Assembly (NCBI RefSeq): GCF_964204645.1
Contig: NC_134032.1
Coordinates: 4,054,175 to 4,118,174, forward strand
Direction of reading: 5' to 3'
DNA: 64,000 bases
Source of the DNA: Tubulanus polymorphus
Lineage: Eukaryota; Animalia; Nemertea
A program made the translations under genes and the position numbers. The notes under the pieces were generated by a model, which worked only from the letters and a program-made list of their open reading frames with translations, ran no database searches and had not been told where the DNA came from. The first letter of the stretch is position 1; each line of letters starts with the position of its first letter. Shown piece after piece: positions 13,610 through 25,954 of this stretch.

Positions 13610-14860
13610 CTAGACGCAATTTGATTTGATGAAAACCTTGCGTGCTGCCATTACTAAATGCCAGAGTCCAGGTAACAAGAGAATCCAGTCGAACTCATGC
13701 GTCGGTACAATATCATACATGGCTGAACACGGATGTTCCGTGAAATTATTTTCACCGTAAAACGAATTCTTGCATCTATCGCAATGCAATACAATCTTAG
13801 TTAAATGACTGACGATCCAAATAATGGCGCCGTCCATTTCTAGGATCAGCCACGAGCGCAGGTTCCCGCCATATCGTCGAATCCCCGCTCGAAAGCCGAT
13901 TATACGTATCAGCTCCGCTATACTTTCAAAAGCTATTTGCATTCAACATTTCGGGTTCGCCAGTCACAGCAGTTACAGAACGCTCAATCAGTGGAATCCT
14001 AGTTGTAAACTCGTCATTTGGCGAGACTGGGAAATCGAGTTCTTCGACTAACTTTCTGTCTATTGTTAAACGAATGAGTTCGCAACCGCAATTCGTGCAG
14101 CTTCTCACAGTTACATCATTTTCCGCTTCACATCCAGAACAACGTCTTTTACTTTCGCTCACGCGTACTGCCTGGGTTACTCGTTCCTCATTGTCCAGTC
14201 CTGCTTTATTTTCAGAAAACAACCTTTCAAGTCGAGCAGTTATTACACAATCCCGCGAATATCTAAACTCGTCGTCTGTTTCCCCCGCGTTATTTATTCG
14301 CTCTTTGACGTCATCTGTGACTTCCGAGAAGAGACAATTTCCAGGTTTCAAGTCGTCACGCGATCGCATTTCTCATCCATTACAATACTGGACGTTATGA
14401 CACTAACCGGCGTTTTATTCCCAGCTCTTACTGCATACATTTTTCCGACAACTTGTTCGTTGTCGAACACAAATTTGGCGAGTCTACGGGGTACCTCTGG
14501 CTCGATATCAGCCTGGCGTTTTATCCATTTATTTATATATGTATATGAGCCACCACCGGATGCCGAGCGCAATCGCAATAATGTTTTACTCTGCGACAAG
14601 CTATATGCCACGAGATTTTCGCGAAAAGACGCGGGCAGCACCCTTCGAGAGTTAATCTGCGCATATATTCCCTTGATCATGCTGCCAAGGTTAACCAATG
14701 TTTCGTTGTTGTTTCCCCAGTAAAACCACATAATCCTGAGCATAAACGTACTAAGTCCGGTGGCCTTGCTTCAAGCCGTTTTCGCGGGTTATAATCTATG
14801 AGTTTGATTATTTCTGAACGCAATTTCTCTTTGTGGCGTTTCGTACAGTACCGTGGCAAT
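13610..14860 (-). pseudogene. Academ-like (DUF6589-like) DDE transposase relic
   Basis: Four frameshift-linked ORFs (14677-14859, 14348-14743, 13926-14369, 13610-13942) read as one protein with FVFDNEQ, a CxxC...CxxC zinc ribbon, LEMDG and LPGLWHLVM. This follows the DN / D / GxxHxxM order of Academ-type transposases. Confidence 0.6.
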
Positions 14861-15584
14861 ATCAGTCCCTAGTGATTTCACTGTTTCGGAAATAGGATTA
14901 GAGAAAACATCATCGGTTTGAGGGGAACCTTTTCCTCCGACACTTCAAACTCTGTTCACTTTGTCGTTTCACCTTTGTCGAAATACTTCACGCATGTCTC
15001 GCAGATGAACGAACTTTTTCCGCGAAAATTTCCGCTATTATATTAAAATTTGCACTATTTTCACTTAGCCAAGAACGGCGAAATACGCCAGAAATGGCGA
15101 ATGTTTATATGTGTACCCATGGCAACGAATACTTGAAAACTTTATGGTAGTTTTTAAAACTTGTTCCCACGTTAATTATTAACAAAAATCATGGTGTTTT
15201 TATCGTAGAATATGATAAATGTTATCATTTTTAACACACGATCAAGGTCTAAGCCCATATTCAAGTGCTTGCGTCCATGTCAAACAAAGCTGAGACGTTA
15301 AAAAAAGGAAATGGAACACCTATATATAACGAATGAAATGATGTTAAACGAACTGAAATAAAATTTATTTGCACTAGCCAGCGTTTAAAGGAAAATAAGT
15401 GAACCAATACTGGAAATAATCAATCAAGCCATATTTGCGAAAGGAGTAGAAAGTTTGAACTCTTTCGAGGCGCCATCGTTCAGTCATAAAAGTAGATTGC
15501 TAGATTCGTTCTATATACGTTCATCTCCGACAAAGAACCAACTCTATTCGCGTGTCCTCGCAGAATTTCTTGGCAATAGTCAAG

Positions 15585-16408
15585 TATACGTGATATCGAC
15601 AAATTCAAGTTCTTGGATTACTCGTTTGATGGCGCTAGTCAGAACCGAAAATTGGAACCTAAATCCGCCATGCTCTAGTTCATTTGCGATGAAAATCTCT
15701 CGCTTCAAGTTTTCAATCAGCGATATTCTACTTACTATATATCGTCACGCGTAATCCTTTAAATATGATAATCTACCGTAACGTTGGATGTGATAAAACC
15801 TTACAGCAAAAGCTAGAAATCACTATAAGTGTCCTAAAATTATCAAAAAACACTTTGCAACAGCTGAAATGTAAGGACTGGTTGCCAGGTATCACATGGT
15901 GGCAGCACTTGACGGCCCAATTTCGATTGTTGGTTCGAGTCCTGGTACTTTTCATATTTTTATTATGAATCTAAGAGTGTAGTCCTTCAAAAATCAATTT
16001 TATTTCGTAATATTGTTTCATATTAATCAGTGTAGCCTGCAATATATTCACCTTAGAGTCTTAAACTCAACAACAGAGTGATGACACCGGGCGCCAGTCA
16101 TAACTTCCGTTAGCTGCTTCGAGCGTCATCACTAAATTTGTGATTTTTGGTAGTTTCTTGACATTTCTAGTGATCTTTTGCATTGAAAGTGAGGTTTTAT
16201 CGAATTCAGCACATTGTCAGGATATCATACTTAAAGGATTATGCTTGCCTATGTATATTAAGTAAAATATCGCTAACTAAAAATTTGAAGCGAGAGATTT
16301 TTATTGCAAATGAACTAGAACATGGCGGATTTAGGTTCCAATTTGCGGTTCTGACTAGCGCCATCAAACGAGTAATTCAAGAACTTGAATTTGTCGATAT
16401 CCCATATT
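15585..16408. mobile_element. Non-autonomous foldback element with ~180-bp terminal inverted repeats
   Basis: 15592-15770 is the imperfect reverse complement of 16222-16400. A third arm copy lies at 45980-46158, ending in CCCGTATTG. Confidence 0.85.
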
Positions 16409-17650
16409 GCTAGCGATGTCTTTCGTTGGTAGATCCCTGTTTACACCATTACACGAAGCACACTGCATTCAAAATTGCATTTCAAATCTAGCTGGTCCAA
16501 ATATTTTCCACGGATGTTATACACCTGTGTGCCAGAATATCGGCGGCCAAAACAATTGCCAACACCTATTCGCCAGTAATACTGCACGAAGCAGACATGT
16601 TTATCAGTGTGAACCAGTCCAATGTCTATCAAAATCTTTAGTTACATTACATTAAAGTGTCGATAGTAGTACATATAAATGATTGTGACATTAAATGATG
16701 GCATTGTGCACTTGTAGGGTTGTATTTCGAATAATTCACATTATCATCATTGTTAGGAGAATAGATGCAGCGATTACTAAATTTTTCGAATCATCTCCTC
16801 GTTGACAGGTCAAATCGTCGGTCTTTCCAGTTCTGAGATGAATATGAAAATGTTAGCTTATGTTCGATGTAATGATTTTTCTCTTTATTTCTAATTATCT
16901 GTTCTTCGAGGTCCTGTATTTCAAATTCGATACCGGATAGACACCAGTTTGTGTTTATCGCTATACGATATCGCATCTGCAGCGTTGCTGTGAAATAAGG
17001 TCAGTACTGTGCGATCAGTGATGATACCGGGTGGAAATGTCTATTGTGTTTATATTACCTTTGAAATTTTGCTGTAGATGTACACGCCCTGATTAGCTCG
17101 ATCACCGTTGAAATACCTTTGTAATGTCGTCGACAGTAACAACAGCTGACTGTTGGCTTTCTTTTCTACTGTGCGGATTTTGCAATGTGACTGCACAACG
17201 TATAATTCCATTGCTAAATCAGAAAATTTATGTAATTTGCAGTTTAAGAAGGCATCCATTTTTTGCTTCATAACAGCCCACATCACAAGTTAGCACAATC
17301 TACCAAGTGGTCTTTGACAATACTTGCTACGATTCTCTTCAGCAACGTGTGTAGCATTTTGTCGCCCACTTTTGCATATTTTCGCTGAGGAGTTTTTGTC
17401 AAAGTTTTACCATAGGCACGCATCACCATTTCAATGTGACTTGCCCTTTTATCTGCAAATCTCATTCTTGCTCTTGCCTCCAAATTATTGGACCAATTTT
17501 TATATAGCTCAACTTCTCTCTCCACGAGATATGAACGTAAATCCTTTTTCAATCCATCTATAGTTCAAATTCCATCTAAAGTACAAACAACACACATCAT
17601 TCTACAACATTCTTACCACTTAATAATTGGACATAGAGTAACGTTGATAA

Positions 17651-18610
17651 TCATTTCGACAAGTTTCTACAGGAAATAACTGCACAGAAATATTCACGAA
17701 TTTCTCGTCCCAGTAAAAGATAAATGTAGAAATTAACGACATAGTTACAAATTTGGATATGGGTGCAGATGTCTAACATTAATTGTTTTTGGTCCACAGG
17801 CATTGTTTGGAATGCTGTAATAGAGGTTGGAAGAGTGAATATTGCAAATGCGAGTGAAACTGTTACAAGCATAATTGTTGTGCGTTTTGCTTTTGTAGTT
17901 TTCTTGTCAGACGACACCATTTTCGTACCTTTGAATAACTGAATTATTATAACAGAATTTGATACGATGATCACCGTTAAAGGCAGAAAATAAACATGAA
18001 TGACAAATGTGGTGAAAATTTCGGCTTGGTTAGATATTTCTAAGTAGCATCCGGTAATTTTTTCCGAAAACTTAATTAATACGGCTTGGGAAATACCAGC
18101 AACTAAAATATTTATGATGAAAATGATAACAATGACGCATCGGGCGAATCCAGGAGTACATATCAAACGAGATGTGAATGGGAAGAGCACAACTGCCGCA
18201 CGTTCAATAGATATCGCTACTATGAACCATGAACTGCAGGCAATCAAAAGTGATATGACAAATTCATATATTTGACAGCTGATCAGTGAATTTATCAAGA
18301 GCGTAGCGTCGATAGCACTTATGTGAAGATGCCCGAAAACAAACTGTAAAACAGGCATCAGACTTAAACTGACGACAACCACAAAATCACTGATTGACAA
18401 AACGATCAGATAGTTAGCGTAAGATAAACTGCGGAATCTGTGACTTATCATTATCAGGAAAGTTGCCGAATTTCCAAAAACGCCTAACAGTAGAAAGATA
18501 GGCAGAATGACCAGTGACGCGGTACGGTAGATACCAGACTTGTTCACCACAGACAAGATAGCGATATAGCTGTTATAAGGTCTCGCAATCTGCATGAGAG
18601 TAGAATTCAT
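17651..18610 (-). CDS. Intronless class A (rhodopsin-like) GPCR, FMRFamide/peptide-receptor-like or chemoreceptor-like, 319 aa
   Basis: Seven hydrophobic segments. Motifs: GVFGN (TM1), LSISD (TM2), ISIERA (DRY variant), FTLP (TM6), VNFYIY (NPxxY variant). N-terminal NST sequon. ORF intact. Confidence 0.92.
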   Translation of the reverse strand: MNSTLMQIARPYNSYIAILSVVNKSGIYRTASLVILPIFLLLGVFGNSATFLIMISHRFRSLSYANYLIVLSISDFVVVVSLSLMPVLQFVFGHLHISAIDATLLINSLISCQIYEFVISLLIACSSWFIVAISIERAAVVLFPFTSRLICTPGFARCVIVIIFIINILVAGISQAVLIKFSEKITGCYLEISNQAEIFTTFVIHVYFLPLTVIIVSNSVIIIQLFKGTKMVSSDKKTTKAKRTTIMLVTVSLAFAIFTLPTSITAFQTMPVDQKQLMLDICTHIQICNYVVNFYIYLLLGREIREYFCAVISCRNLSK

Positions 18611-19159
18611 TATTGATTGGATGCTTCGTTTATATGCACGAATTGTCGTCTATTCAAGTGAATTATAAGAAATACGCATCTATATATTGATACAATCTGT
18701 TGAATGAAAGCAGCCATTCAACAATTGTTCAGCCACGAAATAAAATTAACTCCAAATTTGACGCATAAATCAAAAATCAATTCTCAGATATCGAACACAA
18801 TACACTGAGATTCGTGAACAGTTTATCGTTTGAAGCAACGAATTAAATGGTTCAAAATCACACAGTTGGAAATGCATCGAGCTTGACGGGAAAACTTCTG
18901 AAATACGCACAAAAAACTCAGTGATAGTAGGTACGGCGCGGGTCAATGTATAGTGCGCTGCAGAGCGCGTCTTGTCTATTTAAAATGATCGTAACTTCGT
19001 TATTATTCATCCGATTCTCTTAATTCTTGCTTTATAGAAAGAAGAAGATTTTGGGCTATCTGTGTATGTAATTTGTTTTCATATAGATCATCATTTGCGC
19101 TGTAAAAATCTATCCCGAAAACTTCCGTCGCTCAGAAAAAAATGAGCGGGATTTTCCCA

Positions 19160-20653
19160 TTAAAGTTCATCAGTTAGTTCTTTATTTAATGATTCAAAAT
19201 CTCCATATATAACAAATGGAACTTTATTTTTGTAATCATATTTTTTGAATTCTAATATTTCATCCTTTTCATTTGGTAAAACTAATTTACAATAATCATG
19301 ATTTTCACATAATTGTTTATGATTTAATAATGTACTTTCATTACTGAATTTATGTAAACATTTTCTACAAAGATATATTTTATGGTGATCATTTTCTGAT
19401 TTAAAAAATAAATCGATTTGTTTAATCCACATATAATGATTCTCATAATATAGTATATCTATAACATCGTTTGAATCATAATCTTTTGATAGATATAAAG
19501 GTTCTAATGTATAATGTTTTATATTGTTACCTTTTGTATTTGGTAATTTGATTAAATCAAATACATTTATCTTTATATTATTATCTCTTCCTATTTTTGG
19601 GATGTTTTTAATTATAACAGGATACTTATCTATCTTATAATTATTTTCAAATGGTTTATAATGAGCTAATCTAAAACTATGTTGTTTATAATCTTCAACT
19701 GGGTGTAAACAACTTATTATAGCCCATAGAAAACATTTATCATCTTCATTTTGTACATTTATTACAGCATTAGTTTTAAATGGTAGTTTAATATAACTCG
19801 ATGCTTCAATATCTGGTTCTTTATAATATGATAAATTATTTTCAGCAATTGGTTTTGATTTAGTTAACTTATTATATTTTGTGTTATAAACATGTAAAGT
19901 CATAAATATTATCTCATCAAATATTAAACCAGATCCTTCAAAATATTTCACTTCTATTTTAGTTTTTACTTCATTATAACATTTATCTAATTTATCATCT
20001 ATATGTTGTTTAGATATAATATGTTGTGAATGAGAATTTATATTATATATTGGTTTATCTTCAGATTTTATGAATTTAACTTTAAAAGATATACTTATTT
20101 TAGGATATTCAACATCAGTTATTATTTTTATTATTTCTTTCATATTTTCTAAATGTTTTTTATTTTCTTCTAATGTTTTTCCTTTATGAAATTTAAACTC
20201 AATAGCTGCTGGACCAATATCACTTTTAAATGCTTCGGTTATCTCTATGTCTTTTTTATTATCTAATGAATTAATATAATTTCTTACATCTTCCATGTAT
20301 GGCCTTTTATTGTTTAATTTATTTTTTATGCTTTTAATTGTCTTCTGTTTCTTATCATTATCTTTATCAAAATAATCTTCACCTAAAATATCACTATTCT
20401 TATTTCTAATATGACTTTTAGATTTTAAATGTTCATTATAATATCTTTTATCACTGGATGATTGATTACATGTATCACATTTGTATGTTTCTTTTTCATT
20501 CTTTAATTCATCTAATTTAGTTTCTAATATATCATCTTCATATTCTAATTTCAATTTATTCTCTAAATTTGTTATAGTTTTATTGTGTCTTGCTTTTTGG
20601 GATTTATCTATATTGATATTACATGTTGGGCAGTAGTACTTATTTGCTTCCAT
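19160..20653 (-). mobile_element. Polinton/Maverick protein-primed DNA polymerase B, N-terminal 497 aa, 3'-truncated
   Basis: N-terminal C2H2-type fingers, then SYIKLP...AVINVQNEDDKCFLWAI, HYMWIK, CRKCLHKF...NHKQLC and the exonuclease-I motif PFVIYGDFES. The ORF stops just after ExoI at an abrupt compositional junction. Confidence 0.88.
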
Positions 20654-20859
20654 TTTAATACTAAATTTTTTATTAAAATTGATTTTGGAAGTTCAATGAT
20701 TTATATCATGTATTATTTCAATCACACTTTACTAACACTTTTAATGTTTAAAAATCTAATACACACAAATATGAATATTGAAATAATGTTGTAAATATAT
20801 ACTTTTATATTGAATAATCTGTCAATTTAAATGTTATTCATTTACATGAATATTTTAAG

Positions 20860-21270
20860 AGTAATAGGGGTAATGGGCTTTCAGGTTAAAGGTTGAATGG
20901 TCGAGTTCATTAAAAACAAAACATTAAAAGTAATTTAAAACTATAATATATTTTCATAACCGTGTGTATTTCAGTTGAATAATAGAATAATAATTATTAT
21001 TAAAATATATTTGATTATATGAATTTGTGTATTGTAAATAAATCAATTGGTCGCGGAGCGGAGCGATAGCGAAGTGGAGCGACCAATTGATTTAATACAA
21101 TATGCTTTTAAAATTAAAATAATTAATATCTTAGAATAAATATTTAGTTATAATATAAAATACACACGGTTAAGAATATATATTATAGTTTTAAATTACT
21201 TTTAATGTTTTGTTTTTTAATGAGATCGACCGTTCGACCTTTGGCTTGAAAGCCCATTACCCCTATTACT
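20860..21270. repeat. 411-bp imperfect palindrome with AGTAATAGGGG...CCCCTATTACT ends, upstream of pPolB
   Basis: 20860-20970 pairs with 21160-21270. An inner stem AATCAATTGGTCGC/GCGACCAATTGATT at 21041-21092 surrounds a GGAGCGGAGCGATAGCGAAGTGGA loop. Confidence 0.9.
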
Positions 21271-22356
21271 TCCGTTTTGGTAACAGTGTCGTCTTGAGAT
21301 ATCATAAAAGCGCCTTGGCCGACTGGTTTGAGGTATCCCCTTTCCAGATTTTGTGGGTTAGAATCATGCATAGTTTACGGCAGATTTCGTGTGTTATTCA
21401 TCCCCTTTGATTACCGCGATAACCAGATGCAAATATAATAGGCAAATAACTTACTGTTTTTGCTACACATGGATTTACTGCTGCTGCTACGGCTGCGACT
21501 GCTGCTGTTGCTGCTGCTGCTTCGGTTGCTGGGACTCGTACCGGGAGTGGTCGGTCCATCATCTCTCTTCTGAAACAAATGTTAATAATAAACGTATTAA
21601 TTCACGAAATCATTTTGCATTAAGAGACAGAAACGTAATATTTTATTGTTTTCATGTATTTACTTATCTATCTATTATAGTGACTTGTACATCACATATT
21701 AATACATAGATTTAGAACCCACCCGTAATTAAGACTTATAAGTCACTTTATACTAACTGATGTCATAATATCATGAAAAATAGACTTCCCTAAAGCGCAA
21801 GACCATAGAAAGTATATATCATACTGTAAAGACTGACGAGGACGGTACATTTCAGTTATAACAGTTCTATATCTCATCAACGAACTAACTCTTTGAATGA
21901 CAACTTCAAAAACAAGAGTCCAAGCCACATTTGTTAGTTTCGAGTCCCGACCTCGCGCTATTCTGCATCCGATTTTAAACAAGTAAAATCGTTACGATAA
22001 ACTGCTTTAATTAGATACCCGCACCGCTACTGTCGCAATCGAGGATTCCACGTATGGCAGGCGAGGATGCGCCAGGTGTCGCTTGTAGATAGTTGGTCGC
22101 CAACGTTCAATTTCCTTCTACATTTCAATTAAATCTGAATGAACTCTTCGCTTAAATGAATCGATTATTCGTATAATGTATTGTATATTTGGTGGGTGCT
22201 GTGATAATATATGGACACAGGGGTCTAAAAATCCAGTTCAAAGTTTACTGTAACAGTTATTGAACTGGATCATTTCTTTTTGCGTTGAAAGATTTTTAAA
22301 ATTCTAAGAATGCATTCAGTAAATTGTTACTATGTCTACTGTAATTTACTTGATAT

Positions 22357-22704
22357 TTAGTATTTGATTGAACCTACCTTGTAGTACTTGGTTATGCCGT
22401 TGATGGCACTGCACGCGTAGTCGGTGTTGACGTCATACAGGTAACAATATCCTCCGTTGAACGACATGTCCGAACATTTCTGATCTTTCATACAATCACG
22501 AGCGCACTTGATGATGTTTTGAACATTTCTGTTTGCGATCACGTGGTTTGTTTTCGCCCAGTTTTGTGAGTTTATCTCGCGGTGTTTGTCGCCTATCAAA
22601 CATTCTGGCAGTCGTGTGAATTGTTGAATACGGAACTCGGTTAAAACCGCATCAGCGACGACGGAACAGAAAACACCGACCAGTAAAATGTTGATCGCGT
22701 TCAT
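22357..22704 (-). CDS. Small secreted PAN/apple-domain protein (possibly the first exon of a spliced gene)
   Basis: Signal peptide MNAINILLVGVFCSVVADA and the PAN pattern CARDCMKDQKCSDMSFNGGYCYLY. Possible donor site AAG/GTAGGT near 22377. Confidence 0.75.
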   Translation of the reverse strand: MNAINILLVGVFCSVVADAVLTEFRIQQFTRLPECLIGDKHREINSQNWAKTNHVIANRNVQNIIKCARDCMKDQKCSDMSFNGGYCYLYDVNTDYACSAINGITKYYKVGSIKY

Positions 22705-23514
22705 GATCTCGTCTGATGAAATTATCAGTTAAATGCGGCGGATGACACCAAAATACTGATTATATATGCATTCCGAAATCTGGACCAACCTCTAAAAATC
22801 TGATTGGTTTTTAAACTAATCATGTCATATATGAATACAATTTTCATTGGCTTTTTCCCAAAGATTTTAACACTCCCCAAATGCATTTCTAGGACTGCGT
22901 AGGTACGAAAGGCGCATGGTGTTTCAGTCTGATTGGTCCAACACATCTTCACAGCTCGTATTGTTCAAATTACTGAAATCCAATTGCCTGAACATTTTGC
23001 CTAGAGCACCTAACTAAATCAATTAGTATAAAAATCGCTTGGAAAAAATGTATCCCTAAATAGAAAACATGAAGAAGAAGATACTGGACTTGAACAATGC
23101 ATTAAAATAAGTCTCTTCTTCTAACAATTATAATTTATAGTCGACTGTAATATAAACACATTCAACCAAACACCTGCACGCTTGTAGTTGTCTGAATTGA
23201 GAGATAGGGCTTTCATTTTGAATAGAGTTGATCTCACTGGGAGGTGACGTTTTGTTAAAGTGGATTTTCTGGTTCCCATATTCGGACAATACAGCTCAAA
23301 CATTTTGAACATTACTGAATAATACAAAGTGGGCTTGTGTTCCGTTGACGAATTCCACTATCTAAAAACGAAGATTCTCTCTCTTATTTGAATTGTTTAA
23401 CTTTATTGTAATTTTAATCTTCTGCTTTTCTCTGAAATAAATTAAAATCAAAACTAAAATATAGCTGCAAAGCAGCGATAACGGGTTTTCTGCACAGTCT
23501 TAGAATCCTGTTCA

Positions 23515-23755
23515 ACGGTGGATTTCGACAAAGCATTTGATAAGGCACAACATCAGCCATTACTAAACAGGCTATTAGGAAATAGTATCAATGATAGGTC
23601 GCCCAAATGGCTCAGAAGTTATCTCTGAACGAAAACTTATAGCCGAAATCAACGGAACGCCTCATCCTGGAATAAGTCGGTCTAACTAGTGGAGTCACGC
23701 AAGGTAGTATCCTAACCCGTCTTCTGTTTAATGTCCTGACAAATGACATACACAG
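23515..23755 (+). mobile_element. CR1-like LINE reverse transcriptase fragment
   Basis: VDFDKAFDKAQH...WLRSYL*...GVTQGSILTRLLFNVLTNDI (RT motifs DxxKAFD and GVPQGS), decayed. Confidence 0.85.
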
Positions 23756-23789
23756 TAATCCAATATATACCAGACCGAGTAAATTTCCA

Positions 23790-24330
23790 AAACAAACTTA
23801 ACACGCTGTTCGACCAAAAAACTTAACGTTCCGACAAGAAAATCTTGTTCGAGTGAAAACAATTCTGTTTGATCGAACAATACGCTTTTTGTTTGAACCA
23901 AAACTTTCTTCATTATGACATAAAAATGTATTCGAATGAAAAGCTTTGTTATTGTTGAAATGAAACACATTTTGTCCCTGCAAAAAAATTTGGTTGAGCG
24001 AAACCAATTCTTTTCGAACGAATGTTTGAATGAAAACAATTCTGTTCGATTGTCGAAATACTTAATACTTCTGGTTGAAAAAATTTTTTACAATATACTA
24101 GTTCGAATGAAAATCTTTTCGAACAAATGTTCAAATTAAAACGATTCTGTTCGATCGAGCAATTGTTCGAACGAAAAACCTTTCGTTTGGACAAAAAAAG
24201 TTTGTTCAACTTTGTTCTAACGATTTTTTCAAATTGGTTTAATCGAAAAGGATATCATTGGTTGGAATGAAATAAATTTTGTTCCGACGAAAGAATTTTC
24301 AAGCGAAAGGTCGTTTGAACGAAAAAAAAA
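23790..24330. repeat. Array of short TTCGAACGAA/TTGTTCGA motifs, probably the body of a non-autonomous DNA element
   Basis: Recurrent semi-palindromic motif with about 20-bp periodicity. The overlapping ORFs are spurious. Confidence 0.6.
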
Positions 24331-24356
24331 GATAATTCTGTGGCTCCGCAGTAACT

Positions 24357-24720
24357 TATCGCCGGACGTAGGTCCTCGGATGCGATCCTCGTGTTGCATC
24401 GCAAGTTTTGGTGCTAGTCGGTTGCGATACGATTGTCAGCGACTGTGTCCGACCAGTTTCTGCCAGTCGCAAGAGTGCGTCGTGTGTGCGACCAGTTTCT
24501 GCTAGTCGCAAGAGCGCGTCAGTCGGTTGTGACAGTCGTGTCGCGTCGCAGAAAGTAGAACACGTGCGACTCCTTGTGACTGGCGTTGCTGAAAGTCGCA
24601 ACCCGTCGCAAGGGAGCGTAGGTCGATGAGTCGTTGCGAGAAAATCGTCGCTGGCGGTCGCAGTGATTGGCATCGCAGTGAGACACAAGCCGTCGCAAGG
24701 CCGACCTACGCCCTGCTTAA
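24357..24720. mobile_element. PIF/Harbinger-type MITE with internal TCGCA/TGCGA repeats
   Basis: Degenerate TIRs (CGTAGGTC...GACCTACG) with TTA/TAA flanks. A related motif occurs at 1658-1680. Confidence 0.6.
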
Positions 24721-25519
24721 GTCATTAGGAATTAATGAAATACCAGTTTCATTTATGATGAAAAATTTCAAATGAAAAGTCTGGCTTATAAAGCTGTCTG
24801 CTCAAAAAAAATTTCAAAAAACATTTCATTTTTGGCAATAAAATTGATAATTGTGATTGATCGTTGCATGTCACAACCAGTTAATCACTAATTAACATGC
24901 ATTTTAATAAATCTGATTACTCCTTTACAGTGAACTTAGCTTTAACCTAGTAGAGGCTACTAGCCTATGTAGGCCTATGTATATGCGTAGGCCTAACATC
25001 CGAACAGATTGGTCGTAGGCCTATTGAATAACAACCCACCTAAATATCGTAAATTTTCTTTTGAAGTTCAATCCAATGAGTCCGTTAATAAACGCAACAA
25101 TTATACTGTGTTTGTTTGAGACAGTAAAGCTCAGTACCGGTAGGCCTAAAGCCGCGTAAAACTCGATAACCACTTCAAGCGACATAGCAAACGATCTCCT
25201 TTTCCCCACAGCGAACGCTTACTCCGAATGTCAAGTGTGAGTCCAGCATACGGAGTGTGTAATATACTTTTGTATTTAGTAAATACCTTGTGCATTTGAC
25301 AATGATCGGTATGTAATGTAGGAAATATAGAGTATTGATGGTATTGATATAGAGGTTGAAGCCCGCGGCCGAATAAAGTAATATATTCTTTTATTTTGAT
25401 ACCTCGTCGACATAACAGCTTTTCTCCGCTTTTCTTCGGCGTGTTTCGTTTAGGCCTACGACTCCCCTGTACACCTATGATTTATCTTAGTAAATACACG
25501 GTTAATTTGGTATGGAAAA

Positions 25520-25945
25520 ATAGGTATTGCTTAACTAACTGCCGAAACCTGAAAAACTGAAAATGTCGAAATTGTTTGGAATAATTTATACGGGGCATTT
25601 CTTATAGATGATTTTGGTGAATTTAAATTTAAAGTTGGTCAAAATGTTAGAATTTCTAAGTATAAAAAGATATTTCATAAAGGATACGATCGTAATTTTA
25701 CTAGAGAAATATATAAAATATAAAAGTAATAACAACAAAACCATATGTCTATAAGTTAGAAGATTTAATTGGTGAAGATGTTGATGGGAATTTTTGTGAA
25801 GAAGAATTAATTTTAACTACTGAAAATCTAGAACAAGAATACAAAATTGAAAAAGTACTAAAAAAAAACTGTTAAAAGAAAAAAATATGGGGTTGGACGG
25901 CCAGATGAATTTAATGATTGGATATTATCGAGTAATAAAAATTAG
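25520..25945 (+). pseudogene. Second Polinton integrase C-terminal fragment with chromodomain
   Basis: IVWNNLYG...FKFKVGQNVRISKYKKIFHKGYDRNFTREIY...TTKPYVYKLEDLIGEDVDGNFCEEEL...YKIEKVLKK...DEFNDWI, with frameshifts. Confidence 0.88.
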
Positions 25946-25954
25946 AATTTCGAG

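Noticed and set aside
15455-16413. Small ORFs within the inverted arms
   Set aside because: They are by-products of the foldback element.
21389-21709. Cys-rich metallothionein-like ORF
   Set aside because: The Cys run derives from a (TGC)n microsatellite, and splice signals favour the opposite strand.
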